A DNA stretch of 64,000 nt from Selaginella moellendorffii (Eukaryota; Plantae; Lycopodiophyta). The notes below the pieces were generated by a model. That model had not been told where the DNA came from and searched no databases. It saw nothing but the letters and a program-made list of their open reading frames with translations. The stretch covers positions 1,203,921 to 1,267,920 of the forward strand of contig NW_003314302.1 of NCBI RefSeq assembly GCF_000143415.4. Reading direction: 5' to 3'. This document shows positions 26,626-40,489 of this stretch, piece by piece; the stretch's first letter is position 1, and the number at the start of each line of letters is the position of its first letter. The position numbers and the translations under genes were made by a program.

Positions 26626-29600
26626 ATACTAGGGCGTGGTGAGGTGAGGGGTATAGGGACACCTATATTCCGTTGTCATGGGCTCTTGGCCGGGGAGGCT
26701 AACTTAGGCACACCGCTAAGTGGGGGGATGCCCCCGGAGACATCGTCAACAAGTCGTAGGATCAAAAGAGATGTTCGATGTGGGCATCAAACTTCTTCTA
26801 TGGGTGGTGGAGTTGTAAGGAACCGACTCCCCGAGATGTTGTAGGCTAAAGGATCCCCGAAAGCATGACCGAAATGACAAAGTGTTCATCAGATGGGACC
26901 GAGTCGAAGATCAAGTCCAAGACCGACTTTGAGACCGAGTTCAAGATAGAGTCCGGGATCGAGCCCGAGGCCGAATTGGAGATCGAGTTCGAGACAGTGT
27001 CCGAGATCCAAATCAGGTCCAAGACCGAGTCCGAGGTTGAGTCCGAAGTCGAGTCCGAGATGGGGTCCGAGATCGAGTTTGAGATCGAGTCCAAGACCGA
27101 GTCTGAAGTTGGGTCCGAGATCGAGTTCGAGATCAAGTCCGAGACCGAGTCCGAATACTAATACGAGTCAAGGGGTGAAAGCCCAAAGCATGTGTCTCCC
27201 AGCGGGGGGGGTGTAGGGGGTTCCAAAAGTATAGTAGGGATAGTGAGGTCCAAGAACTAATCTTGAAGGAACTCTCCAGTGGTGCTTCCAAACCGACTTG
27301 AGGTTGAAATTGGCGCTGATGGGCCTTGGGTGGGAGTGAGCATGGGCTTGGGTGGTGCCGAAGGGGCCACCCAGGGAAGTGCTCAAGAGCAGCTCCCACT
27401 CTCGAAATGGAAACCAATTGCGGTGCTCCCGGCTCATGTGGAGTGGTGCCCCACTTGAGTACCTTGTGGCTCATTGGTTCTCGCCCTTAATAGGGGCTTG
27501 GGCCTTCCCTTCGGGATGGAAGTGGGGGGGTAGAGGTACCCATACCGGGCTGTTAGGCCATAGTATTTCACCCTAATGTCCCGAAGCAAGTGTTGCACCC
27601 AAGGCTTGGGATTTAGAGGGTCCCATGATCAAGTCTTGTTGTACCAAGGGGTGTTAGGAACTTAAAGGCTTGGTGTGCTTGGCTACTTGTGCTTGCAGAG
27701 AGTGTAGCCGAACCTTAAGTCCAGTCTAACCCGGGGAGGGGGATTGGGAGGGATTTGGGAATCCGTGGATGGATGGCTAACGCTCCATTGCTCATGTAGT
27801 GAGTAGCTGAAACCAAGTAGGACTAAGTAGGAGCTGGTACAATAGGCGGGAGCCTTGGCGAGGGAACTTAGCACAAGCCAAGGCAGTGTTAGTCGGATAG
27901 ACGAAGTAAGCTGGCAAATTGGAAAGGAAATATTTGTGGCTTACACCCAAAAGCAAGCTCACATAATACGGTACAACAAGGTAACCAAACCCATACCCAA
28001 GGAACCATTGCAAAGCCTTTGCACCCAAATGTGTACCCACTTGGATTATTGTTTTCATCTCTGCATATATAATGAGACTAGTTGCCCAATCTCATTAGAT
28101 AGTACTCACTGAGACTCATCCTTTGATACGAAATGTAGCGCACATGGTTTTTACCCTTTATCCTATGGTGATTTACCATAGGATAACCATGGAATGGAAC
28201 CTAAACCCTCCATATGCCATGTGTCATATGCCATGTGTCAAATGCCATGTGTCTAAAGAACAGTGGTGTGGAACCCAAGTTTCAGGGCCTTGGGCCACTA
28301 AACGAAGGAACAGTGCCAAACTCCTAAGCATGGAGCCAAGGAGTGACAGAACCAGACCATGGAGCAACTCTAGAGTGTACAGCCTAAGGAGCAAAGGGAC
28401 AGGAGCATGGAGCGACTTGGAACAGTCCTAGAGCAACCAACATCCTAATGCCAAGACCAGTATGCAAAATGGAGCCAAACGGAGTCTAGCACTATTTTAG
28501 CATACCGGTGGCCTAACACAAGGGCATAAGTATTCCACCAGTTAGCATGGTGTGGAACTTAGGCTTAGACCCAAGCCAGATGCAAAACAAGGATAGACAC
28601 ACAAACGAGAGTTAGACTACGCCTCAGGTTGGTCGGCCATGCCCAACCTACCCACTATCCCTACTATACATTTAGAACCCCCCATAGCCCCTCCCCCGCC
28701 CCCCACCCCTCAACCCCCTCCCCCTCTTGAGGAATACACGCTTTGGGCTTTCACCCCAAGCCTCCCTTAGTATTAGGAGTTAGTCTCTAGGACAAGCTCG
28801 AAACTTACTAAATATGGAATGTTCTTAGATTGCAAATTTGGACACAAGATGAACACCATTGTGTTCAGAACAATCTCTACATTCCGTAGATATGCCAAAT
28901 GAGCAAATCTAGACACTTTCCATAAATAGTTTTTGAGACTGAAATGAGACTAACACAAAGGGCATGATAGCGAGGGTGTTTGGCAGATACAGTAAGCTAT
29001 TATCTAGCAATATTTAGGGACCAAGCTCAATATTGTGGGGGTTCTTGACACTAGCAAGTGCAAGCCAATGACACAAGTTTCTCAAACTATGCCAAGTATG
29101 CTCAACAAGAAATACATAGGGTTCCTACCTTATGTTTATCCAATTTAAGTGCATGTTCATTGACCAGTTTCTCAACTAGCTCAAGTGGGAATTGATAACG
29201 GGTCCAGCAATATCGACCTTCTATTGTCATGGCAGTAAGAAAAGAATATCCTAAAGGACTAGCCGACAAGTAACTTTCGATACCTAAAGTCACATTCACG
29301 ACAAATATTAATTTTTTGAGTCAATTGCTTAGGTGTTTCTGACACCTTGTATTGCACATGTTGTGCAAACTCCACTTCCTCATCTTATGAAGTTTTATAT
29401 TAGAGGGCACTATTATCCCCTCTTTTATCTTATACCACCCTAGGCATTAAGTTCCACTTATTCATAATTTGTGCTAAAGTTGTCCATGACTTGGCTATCT
29501 TGTTACTCCATTTATTTGAGTTTTCACTTTTTACTAAATTTGAGCATTTGGTAATCCTATCATGGGAAATATATTTCCTTTTTCACAATCCATTAGCATC

Positions 29601-31753
29601 CACCACACAATAATTCTTTATCTAACTTATCATTTGGATTCCTTCCAACAATTTTCAAAGGTTAGTCTTGGTTATTAATCTCTTGCTTTTATCCTTTAAT
29701 TGTTACACCAAGCAATATAAAATCACTAACTCTATCCTTAGGGTATTTTTTTGGTTTTTGAGAAAAGGCTATATTTTGCTAAGTCCAAGGGGTGTTCATC
29801 CCTATTAAGTCTCATTAACATTTTCCATTGCAAACACTATTTATAACCTAATTTTATGATCTTCCTATGGATCTTTACTTGGAGACTACTTTCTTAGACT
29901 CATAGTACCATTATATTGTTATACATCATTTCACCTAAGTGTTTTTCCCACTTAGTCCTCTTGACCAAGTCACACTATACCACTTGTTTAAATCACCACT
30001 TTAAACTAAGAATTTTGATCTTTAACCTAGCTAGAAGTTTTTCCTTGATTCTAGTGATCCTATATAGATATTATAACAAATTTACTAATAGATACTAGAT
30101 TTCTCTGACTTTTGAGTTGTTGACCATGACCGTAGGGCATCTTTCACACTTGGTAGTGCACCCAAATCAGCCCTTCTGAATAAAGGTCTATAACAACCAA
30201 TATTAGGTGTCTCCATTTCATTTATCACGTCCTCGGTGCCACTTGCACTAAAGTGTTCAAGTTAAATATATTGACCTTTCACACTAAATATATTAGCCAT
30301 GCATCATAACTTTGGGCTATCGTTGTGTGCCCAAGACAATCTCTTTACTAAAAGTTTATGACCACTAAAAATTGTATCCTTATATTCCAAACCATCCTAG
30401 TGTATTGGGACTCAAACCTAAGCACTAGAGGGTTAAGACTTAAACACAATTTTTGTATATGCATCTACAGATGGCTTCAACTAGGATGCTTAGCATGACT
30501 CCTTATGTCAGTGCACCAACTTATATCCAACAAACATTATAAATCATAGTTTAGGAACCTAGTTCCTCTGAAGTCTTCCAAATCCTTTTGACAAGCTAGT
30601 TGACTAACCTATGATCATGTATAAACTTCTCTATGTTTGGCCGTATAGGCCACCCTTTTGAAGTCATTACTTTCAATTAGGGTCTTTGTTTCTTTGATTT
30701 GAAAATTTTGCTTAACAAGTCATCTAACCAACATAATATGGTTCTATACATAAACTTGAAAGCTTTGACTCTTGTTCAAAGCCATCTCTTTGAACATACA
30801 AAAACTACTTCCTCAATTTTGATAGTATTGCCTTATAGCAAGCTTCAAGACCACACCACTTTAATTTCATGTATTTCTATGAACCATTTACACTTGTCTT
30901 TCTAAATATCAACTTATCTAAAATTGTCTTTGGGAATATTTGAAAGGACTCCATCTTTTAGGTTGCTAAGATCTCTCCCTTTGCAAGCTTCTTGATTATT
31001 TTATGGTTTAATATAGGCAATTTCATACTTTAGACTCCCTATGATACATAGTCACAAATAGCACACTCTTGAGCATATGCTTGATTCCCCACTTTTAGTT
31101 TGTATAACCACTCTTAGTTATGCCCTTTAATTCTTATAGTTTGGTTCTATCCTTTTATTATTTGCTCTTAGCCTTATACATTCCCTTTAATTATTCTCTT
31201 CCAGGCTAGGAGGGTAGCTTAACACTTTCTACAATACCCTTAACAAGTATTCTTAGGATATATATCAGATGAACCTACTTAATGGCCTAAAAAGTGGTTT
31301 CTCATATTCTACACACCAAAATTAACATGATTACTCATAAGCCTTCATATACCTGTTGCTAGCAATGCTAAAATCCTTTTGGCTTTATTCACTTAAAATA
31401 GACGAACCTACCCCATCTTTATCTTTTGTCAACCCTGGACATTAGATAACATTTCTTAATACATTATAACCTAGGGACTTAGACCTTTGGGCCTTATCTA
31501 CTGCCTTTATAATACCAAACACTACTTCTTTGGTATTTTAAAGTGCCTATATATTTCAATGATGGACTTCCCAGGTAATGGATATTTTCTATTATAACAC
31601 TTAACCCACTATATTGCAAAATAAGCACAACATCCCTTAAGGGATGTAACTAACTCCCATATTCCATCAAAAAGTCATAGGAAGTTAAATCTTACTAATC
31701 CAAATAATTACTCTAAATCTTTACTTAGTTGCCTCATAGTTATGATGTCCTAC

Positions 31754-32338
31754 TATAGCATATGTGGTTTTTACCCTTTATCCTATGGTGATTTATTATA
31801 GGATAACCACAAAGCAGAACATAAACCCTCTATGTACCACATGCCACATGCCATATGCCATATGCCATGTGTCCCAAGGATAGTGGAGCAGAACCTGAGT
31901 TTCAGGGCCTTGGGCCACTGAATGAAGGAGCAGAGCCAAACTTCTAAGCATGGAGCTAAAGAGCGAAGGAACTGGAGCACAAAGCGACTCCTAAACATTT
32001 AGCCCAAGGAGCAAAGAAACTAGAGCATAAAGCAACTCCTAAGCATTTAGCCCAAGGAGCGAAGGGACAAAATAATGGAGCAACTTGGAACAGTCTTAGA
32101 GCATCCCACATCCCAATGCTAGAATTAGCATGCAAAATGGAGTTTAACGTTATTTTAGTATACTGGTGGTCTAATACAAAGACATGGATACTCCATCAGC
32201 TAGTATGGTGTGGAATTTGGGCTTAGACTCAAGCTGGACACAAAACAAGGATAGGCACGCAACCAAGAACTAGACTATGCTTCAGGTTGGTATGCTATGC
32301 CTGACTTACCCACTATCTCTACTATATATTTGGAACAT
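31754..32338 (-). repeat. Partial family B LTR with an internal ~48-bp duplication
   Basis: Aligns with 28134-28680. Confidence 0.85.
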
Positions 32339-34945
32339 TATTAAGCACTAGGTTAAAATAATAGGATAAAGAAAGGGCCCTACAATCAAGTGATCACCCC
32401 TTTAGTCAATTAGTTTAGGGTGTAAGGGATAGGATCTTAACAACTAGAGTGACATCTTAGGGTGTTAAGACGAATCCAAGGAAAGTGGCTGTGGTTTAAA
32501 TATGATTGTGGACGATCATTCCCTGACGAGGGGAGGATTGTTAGGCACCAAGTTAGGATAATAGGATAAAGAAAGGACCCTACAATCAAGTGATCACCTC
32601 TTTAGCCAGTTGGCTTAGGGTGTAAGGGATAGGATCCTAATAGCTGGGGTGCACTAGAGCTTCATTCAACAATCGTTTCAGCGCCACAAAACTCTCTTCT
32701 TGTGGCTTTTTCCACTCAAATGGCATGTTCTTGCATAACAATTATATCAAAGGAATAACCACCTCCACAAACTTATGCTGGAAATGTTGGTAGTAACTAG
32801 CCATACCAAGAAAACTACACAACTCAGCCACTGTAGTCAGTGTAGGCCAATTTTCCACCATAGCCACCTTCCTTGGATTCGTCTTGACACCTTGAGATGT
32901 CTTCACATTGCTGATCCATCAAAACCTTATGAAGTGACATATGATGCAAGTGATTATGCATTGGGGGGAGTTCTCATGCAAGAGGGACAGCCTATTGCAT
33001 ATGAGAGTCAAACTTTGAATCTCACAGAGCAACACTATTCCACATATGAGCAAAAGTTACTCTCTATTGTTCATGCTTTGCAGATGTGGTGGCACTATCT
33101 TTATGGTGCAATATTCATGGTGTTGATGGATCACAAACCACTTGTGTATCTTTTCACACAAAAGGATTTGAACACTAGGCAAGCTCATTAGATGGTTAAA
33201 CTTATGGAGTTTAGGGAGTTTCCTATTGAGCATCGTCCGGGAAAATCAAATGTGGTGGTGGATGTTTTATCTCATGTTTGTCATGTGACGGCATTCTAAA
33301 CACAATTTTGTCATCATTTGAGTAAAGTGGTTAGCGAGTTTGGGTAGTTGTTTAAGCATGCTCGGGCTTAAGATGCTGAGGTGGCCTCTTTGTGAAACCA
33401 AATGGAAGCCCCTTTCTCATTGGTGGATGGGATTCTCTACTACAATGGCTGTGTATATTTGCCACAGGTGGATGCATTAATTACTCAAGTTTTATTCCAC
33501 TATCATGATCATCCAGAGGCTGGTCATTTTGGGGGGAAGAAGACGTATGAGTTGATTAAGTGCAATTTTTATTGGAGGAATATAAAAGCTGATATCCTCA
33601 AGTATTATAAATCATGCGAGCTTTGTGAAAGGGTTAAGGTGCCACGGGAGAAGCCAGGGGGACTTTTGCAACATTTACCTATTCCTCAAAGCCGTTAGTG
33701 TAGTATCTCTATGGACTTCAACACTTGTTTGTCATGAATATAGAGGCAAAAAGAGCAAATATGGGTCATAGTGGATCGGTTGACAAAGTATGTGTGGTTG
33801 TTAGCTTTTCAAAAGATTGTCACTGCCTCAAACTTGGCTGCAGTCTACTTGGAGAAGGTTTTTTCTGATTTTGGTTTGCTAGAGGACATTATTAGTGATT
33901 GAGATTCAAAGTTCACAAGTGGATTTTGGAAGAGTTTTGTAAAGGCTACGCAAGTGACTTTGAAACTCTTGAATAGAGAACATCCTTAGATGGATGGGCA
34001 AACCGAGCATGTGAATCAGGTGGTGGAAGATATGCTACGCTATAGCATTGGTTAAAGGCAAAGACAGTGGGATCTATATCTTCCGTTGGTGCAATTTACT
34101 TACAACAATAGCCAATACAATGGAACCAAGTCCTTACTTTGCCATGTTTGGAAGGCATTCCCGAACAGTGGTGGAGTTGGGATTGCATTTGAGTAAGGAC
34201 GTTCAAGATAAGTTTGATTCTGAGGTGACTAATCTAGCCATAGAACTTGATGAGATTCTGGTGGTGTGCAAACAAAATTTGCAGACAGCTCAAAATAGAG
34301 CGGAGAAGTTTTCTAATGAGCATTGCCAATTTCGGGAATATAAGATGGGTGATCTCATCTTCATGCAAGTGATCTTTCCATCAAGTGAGCGGTAGAATAG
34401 CTTGGTGCCTTCACAAATAGGGAAGAATGATAAACTTTTCCATCGATATGCTAGTTCATATGAAGTGCTAGAACACATTGGTAAAGCAGCTTATTAGGTG
34501 CAACTGTTAGCTAAGGTGAAAATTCATTCGGTATTTTATTTTAGCCAGTTAAAAGGTGTACTATCTCGGAGTGATGGGCCCAATGCCTCCTTGATGTATG
34601 CAGCTGTGGAAAATAGACTAGGAGCTTGAGCAAGGTTCCCTAGAAAGGGTGATCACCAGTATAACTCGTCCTTGGGACAAGGACTTTGTTGGGGGGGAAG
34701 AATTGTTAGGCACCAGCTTTGACCATGTGGTTAATGTGGGTCAAAGGGAGGGTCAAGGGTATATTAAGGCATGTTAGGGTAAGGGACTTAACCTACCCTA
34801 GGGCTCACAGTAGAGTGGTGGCACAGTGGATCTTTTGAGGTAGCTCAGGGGTGGGTGGGTGGTGAGGAACCTCAAAAGGTAGTGTAGTATGGTTTAGGGT
34901 GACTAGATCTCTATCTTTTTGTGCCGGATCTATCTTTTTGTGCCG
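32339..34945 (+). mobile_element. Rearranged family E element: two 104-bp LTRs (32339-32442, 32539-32642), inverted RT piece (32651-32898), RNase H-integrase remnant, PPT and third LTR start (34704)
   Basis: LTR ends TGTTAGG...CCTAA(C/T)A; PPTs at 32525-32538 and 34691-34703; YDASDYALGGVL and YHDHPEAGHFGGKKT; similar to 9650-11498. Confidence 0.8.
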
Positions 34946-37700
34946 GTGTCACCTAGCTTACAAAAGTGTGATATACTCTTGCTTGCAGTGATATAGAGAG
35001 AGAAGCTAGAGGCCCCAACCCTCATGAGCAAAGAAACCAAACCTATTAGTAAGGTTTAGATAAACTACTGTAAACAGGCAATTAGAGTTGTTTACATGGT
35101 CATGCCCTTTTATAATGAAATAAGGAACATCGACAAAGGGGCAGGTGATGTGACCAGTTGACAGTAGCTACCTCATGACTAAAGATTTCATTATGTATAT
35201 GAAGTGCCAAAGCCAGTTTGCCTATACTTGCTCAAACTAAAAAATTAATAGATGGACAATATCAAAGTCAAAGACAATGATATTTGAGAGACTTAATTAT
35301 CAGTGAATAAATCTTAGTTTAGAACACAAAAGTATTCCAAGTAAGTTATCATCCAATAAACTAGTATTAGAGTACAGAAACCACAAAGATCATCATAATT
35401 GAAAAATATAAGATTCATTATCCAACAAAATTTAATAGCAAATGTACCATTAAAAAAACTTAATAATAAAATTTAGCTACTAATGTAGTGCATGTGATCA
35501 TAGGATGAGATTTGGATATACTGTCACCGTGGATCCTTGGAACCTTGGGGGATAAATGGGGATAAAATAGCCACTAAGGGCTCTCTCATCAAGCAATTGC
35601 CCCTTTTCCAATTGGCTTAAAGGGAGAGAGATAAGGTGCGCTACAACTAAAAATTATAGATATCATGCCAAACAACTTATGAAAAACAACTAAAAGAACA
35701 CAAGTATCATTAACTTGGTAAGCAAAATGCTCGTGAATGTATTGCCCAAAGGAAATAACATTTAATCTATCAGCACCAGCTATAACAACAATTAATAGAA
35801 TAGAATGAATGTAGCGAGACTAAGAAACACTTATTCATGCTAACTATCATATTATCTAATCTGAATAAATCCCAATCAATAACATTAAGGAACTAGAGTT
35901 TCTCATGCAAGCATCAATAATATCCTTTCAATATCTCAAACCCAAAAGACCAATCTTGAGCAAAATACAAAGAATATATGATAATGCAAAAAACCATAAG
36001 CTATAGAAAAAACAACTAACCATCATGAAAGATCATCAATCATCTCATTAAAATAGAGATGTATAATCATCATTGAAGGAAGAATTTACCATTTTGAAGA
36101 ACGGCAAATCATTCTATCAACAATAATTAAGCAAAACTTTGACAAGGAAATCAACTATCCTAGATGATAGTCAATCATCATTAATGATTGCTAGATGCAA
36201 CTAACTTTAATTTGAAGCTAATAAGCTAGAAATGCCTTCCCCAACAACTCCTAACAAATGGAATAATAAGTATAAAACCCAAAGAACCAAAAACTCGAAG
36301 AAGCCTATAGCTAAGTCGTGCCTAACAATGATCATGAATTTCGCATGAACTAATGTCAATGCAAAAGAAGAAATCATTGTATAACCCACAATATTCTCCT
36401 CAACATATCCAAAAGCCAAATTTCGTAATGCAAAAGCTAATAAAGAGCATGTCTGCATTAATCCAAAAACTAAATATAATGAAGCTATGCTCAACAAGTG
36501 ATCACGAAACTAATCCTTTATGAATCCATCTTTATAACAAGACATAATTCACTTTATAATAAGCATAAGAAGAATTATCAATAATTAATATATCCCCAAC
36601 TCAAATCCAAAAAAGAACCAACATCTTCAATATCAATCACTAACTCTTCCTCTTATATAGCTAGTTTAGTTCATGATTAAATCACTTTTCAAGGAAAAGC
36701 TCAAAGCTCAACCCCTACTAAACAATATTATCTAGAACATATCTAATCTTAACTTGCCACTCAGCTCATTTAAATGTTAACACAATTGCTAACTAGCAAT
36801 TGTACAAATGTCAATAACATAAAACTACAACCAAACTATCAACACTATTTGTATCGAGACTAATGAAACTCAATATCAATCCTATAAAGAGACATTTTAT
36901 CTCACTCAAATCTCAACAACCACAATATCAATGATAAAACATCACTTCAATGCCATTAGCATCAGAATAAAGCTAGAATAAAGCAAGAGTGAATTACAAC
37001 TCAAAGCTCTCTAGCAACCAAGCTAACCAAAGTCAAAGATACCTTAGCCAGTATTTGAAACTAATCCTTCAACAATACTCAATTACAAATAACACATTAT
37101 CAAGGAGTGATTCACCATGTCCAAGACTCAATAAAATCCAACACCACGGACTAAACACAACCAAATGATATCGACAGAAGTAGAGTTAATATACTAATAT
37201 GGAATAAACCATACAAGTCTAATGACATGATCCTTTACAACACCATTTAGTAAAGCAAGCTCATCATTAATAAATCTTCATCAAGTGAAGCAAGTATCCA
37301 CAGTCTTCGACAAAATCTATAAGTAATCACTAGTTGTAAAGTAACCAACAATCACTCTTCAACTTACCTTTCACAAGACTTAAACACTAAACTTATACTA
37401 TTGAGTCATATACTTATCCAACATAAACGTAATACCCTAGGTACAAGATAAAGGTTCATGGATAAACATAAACTAAATGACCACTCAAATCCAACTTAAC
37501 TATAATAAGCTTACTAATGCATTTAGCCAATAGTTCTGAGTATGCCTTGAAGAGGTTAATTATGCATGATCAACACTTAGTTGAAACTAAAGTGAAGATC
37601 ATGAGATGGACTCATATTGGTACACAACCTTCTCATAAAAAAATCTATAATACAAGCATTAACACTTTAACTTCAAACAATTAAACTAGACATCACCATA
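34946..37700 (-). mobile_element. Second copy of the family B internal region
   Basis: Colinear with 16699-18505, with extra internal sequence. Confidence 0.85.
35484..35645. repeat. 162-bp solo LTR with TSD ACTAA
   Basis: TGTAGTGCA...TGCGCTACA termini; ACTAA on both sides; absent from the paralogous site near 17230. Confidence 0.88.
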
Positions 37701-37707
37701 CTCAAGA

Positions 37708-38014
37708 TGATGCTGTAGGAGTTCTTCTAGAATCATTGCTTGCTTAGTTTGGATCCCATAGAATCTTGGGAGAGTTTATGGAAGGATATCTTTCGAGTTA
37801 TAGGTAAGCCTTTATCGAAAAGATGGAGATCAATGTTTTGATGATCTAGCCAGATTGCTCAATTGGCTATGGGCAAACATAAAGTGCCTCATGATTGTTG
37901 ATGTTTTGGAAAGCATGCTCCAAACCAAGTTTAATAGCAATGAGAGAACCTAGTTCTCAAGTGATTTATTATTAATATAAAGATTTAATAAATATAATAA
38001 TAATAATAAAAACA
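37708..38014 (+). repeat. Paralog of 2499-2770 (region upstream of the G6PDH pseudogene)
   Basis: Shared ctagccagattgctcaattggct, ttgatgttttggaaagc and gaacctagtt. Confidence 0.75.
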
Positions 38015-38974
38015 TCTATATATCTATATATATAAAGTGATAAGGCAGAGGCTTGATAGCTGTTAGATCCTAGGTATATTGTTTTTTAATGTTAAATTGA
38101 TTGCCTCTTTTCATTGTAGGTTTTAGCATGGAACTACCATGCTCTCTACCACTACTCTTGCCATTACAGTAGTACATAAGTTGATGAGTGTGTAGGTTTG
38201 GCATTGCTAAGATATGATAGCTCAACAGATATCATCTCAAATGTCATTGACGAGGACCATCACATAGAATTCCTCTAGAGTGATTGTGCTTGACGCTATA
38301 GTAGCTTTTGGTTTGATGGTATTAGCAACTAAAGAGACTGGCCATGCAATTTTTGCACTAGAAAAGGATAGTGCATTTAAAGGTGTTCTTGGGACATTTC
38401 ATAAATAAAATATAAATTTCTCATTATAGTAATTCCATCATGGTTATGTATATTAAGTGGATTGATGACATGGGCTATAATGTGCCATGTTATGCAAAAG
38501 CACTCATATACAACAAGAGCCCACAGTTAGAGAGCATAATACTATACAAACTCCTCCTTTTATAGATGTGGATGCCAAGGAAGGCTAAGTTGTTTTTTTT
38601 TTAGTCGAATTTTTTAGTGGTATTATAGAGTTTCTTCTTTGACTCATGATATTTATTTTCTTATTAGACTTATATTATTTAGTTTTTTCTTGGATTGAAA
38701 ATATGTCTTAAATTTTGAATAGAATTGTTGATTTGTCCTTTTGAACATTAACGTTTGTATTTAGTGGACTATATTGACTTTCATTGACTTGAGCTCAGCT
38801 CAAAAACTACCCAACCCCCAATACAAGCATTTAACATGTGTTCAGCAGTGTTTCTTACCCCCAAAGTAGTTGTTCCCATTCTTTAGCTCACCCTAGATGC
38901 CTAGCTAAAGTTTGCTTGCTGGATTAGTGGCAATTGCAATAATTGCACTTCTTCCTACAAAGATCCATGTCAGC

Positions 38975-39885
38975 ATTTGATTGGCAATTGTTAATTTGGC
39001 CCTCAATTTTTGGAGATATGTTCCTAAGAAGAGTCAAAATTATATTTTGTTTCAAAATTATTTTGAATAGCAGTAGTTCTGATAGAGTGATTGAATTTAA
39101 AAATTCAATTAGAAACTCTTCAGGATGACCTGAGTCAACCATATCAATGCTCAAGTAAATATATGAATTACTTCATAATTTCCAACAATGTTATTATTTA
39201 TTCTGAATGTGTTGTCATTGAATGGGGTGAGAATAACCTTTGATGCAGCTTTATAAATATATTTAATGTCATTAATAACAAAGTTTATAATAAAGGTAGA
39301 GATAGATAGTGAATATAGTATTTTGATAATATCTGGTGGGAGACATGGCAACTAAAAGCTACTATCACCATTGCCAAGTTTGAGAAGCCATTCAAAAAAA
39401 GAAACACTACTTATCTTTATTAGTGTTAGTGTTTTAAAGAGTGACTATTGTCTATTCATTTTAATTGAGCTTGAAATAATAAAGGGTTTATGACCATGGG
39501 GAACAATAGGAAGGGTTTGACAAAAGTCACTACTTATAAATATTATAATGCCTCTAAATGGTTTAGAATTAAATTTGAGATACTTTAAATATTTATCAAG
39601 TGCAGAAAAATCATGTTATTAACTTCATCCTATATGAGAACATTTGATTATTTAATGGTTTTTCCAGCAACACTATTAATTGTTAAAGTAGAGATAGAAG
39701 TTTCATATAAAAGAACAAGCAGCTTTAAAGTTGTTTATGGAGTTTGACTATATTTTAGCAAAATGCATACAATCTTAGTCTATGCCATATTGATTTTTTT
39801 AATTTTTTATTGTAATACTATAATAATGGTATTATGTAGAAAATCTTTCCCAGACTAGGTCCATCAATAAAGAAACATTGATTTT
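38975..39885 (-). pseudogene. Helitron Pif1-like helicase remnant (N-terminal and central motifs)
   Basis: FFIDGPSLGK (Walker A), KPFRGIIIFISSDFCQTLPIVP, ILTPFNDNTFRINN, EFLNSITL...LTLLRNI. Confidence 0.85.
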
Positions 39886-40004
39886 AGTTAGAGTCAATGG
39901 CATTCATAATAAGCTAAAAAATATAGCATTATTAGTGATTGAATTTATTTATATTTGCATTGATTTAGTCTTATGATGGATCAAGGATCTATGTATTAAG
40001 CATG

Positions 40005-40200
40005 TGTTCAATAATGTCCTAATGTAGAGAATGGGCAGGAAGATCAAGCTCTCAAGTTTTTGAACAGGACAGAGGATGAAGGAGGCAATTGTGTAGCAGA
40101 CTATACAAGCTATATTGCTGATTTCAAGGCTTGCTCACCCCTGGTGGCTTGAGAAGAAGGCAAGGAGCTCAATGGGAAGCTTGTCAAAATTTTGGAGAAT
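40005..40200 (+). pseudogene. PPR gene fragment
   Basis: ENGQEDQALKFLNR...DYTSYIADFKACS...EEGKELNGKLVK resembles PLS-class PPR motifs. Confidence 0.5.
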
Positions 40201-40489
40201 ACAATGATGCTTGAACTGTGAGAGGTGGATGAGGTTTGCAAGATATGGCTTCGAGAACTCATCTTGAGCTTGTTCTCTCTCACAAAAGAACAAAGACTGC
40301 AAACTCTTTGATGGTTTTGGCTATTGAGGGTTGGCTCCAGCTCTATTGCTCAATGGACCACAACAATCTGGTTGTGTGTGCTATAGAAGTCTAAGATGTG
40401 TTCATTTGGGTTTGCAAACATGGTTTATACAATGGCACTCCTCTTATTCTTAAACAAGCATCTCAAAATGTTTTAGATTATGAAATTAT

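Larger units (their letters stand above)
20424..27945 (+). mobile_element. Full-length Ty3/Gypsy chromovirus (family A): LTRs 20424-21581 and 26814-27945, TSD CTCAA/CCCAA
   Basis: Direct LTR pair, PBS tggtattggagc (21585-21596, tRNA-iMet type), PPT-like gggtggtggagt (26802-26813), domain order gag-PR-RT-RH-INT-chromodomain. Confidence 0.96.
15450..29303 (-). mobile_element. Family B non-autonomous (LARD-like) LTR element: 5' LTR 28134-29303, 3' LTR 15450-16487, TSD AATAT
   Basis: LTR pair about 1.0-1.2 kb with TG...CA ends. Met-like PBS at 28121-28131, PPT ctctccccccctt at 16488-16500, TSD at 15445-15449 and 29304-29308. The ~4.1-kb internal region has no long ORF. Confidence 0.88.
13946..31753 (-). 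mobile_element. Old family C element (3' LTR 13946-15111; internal 15112-15449 and 29304-31753), host of nested element B
   Basis: Colinear with the young copy at 55841-60460. Its sequence rejoins across the AATAT target-site duplication. Confidence 0.85.
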
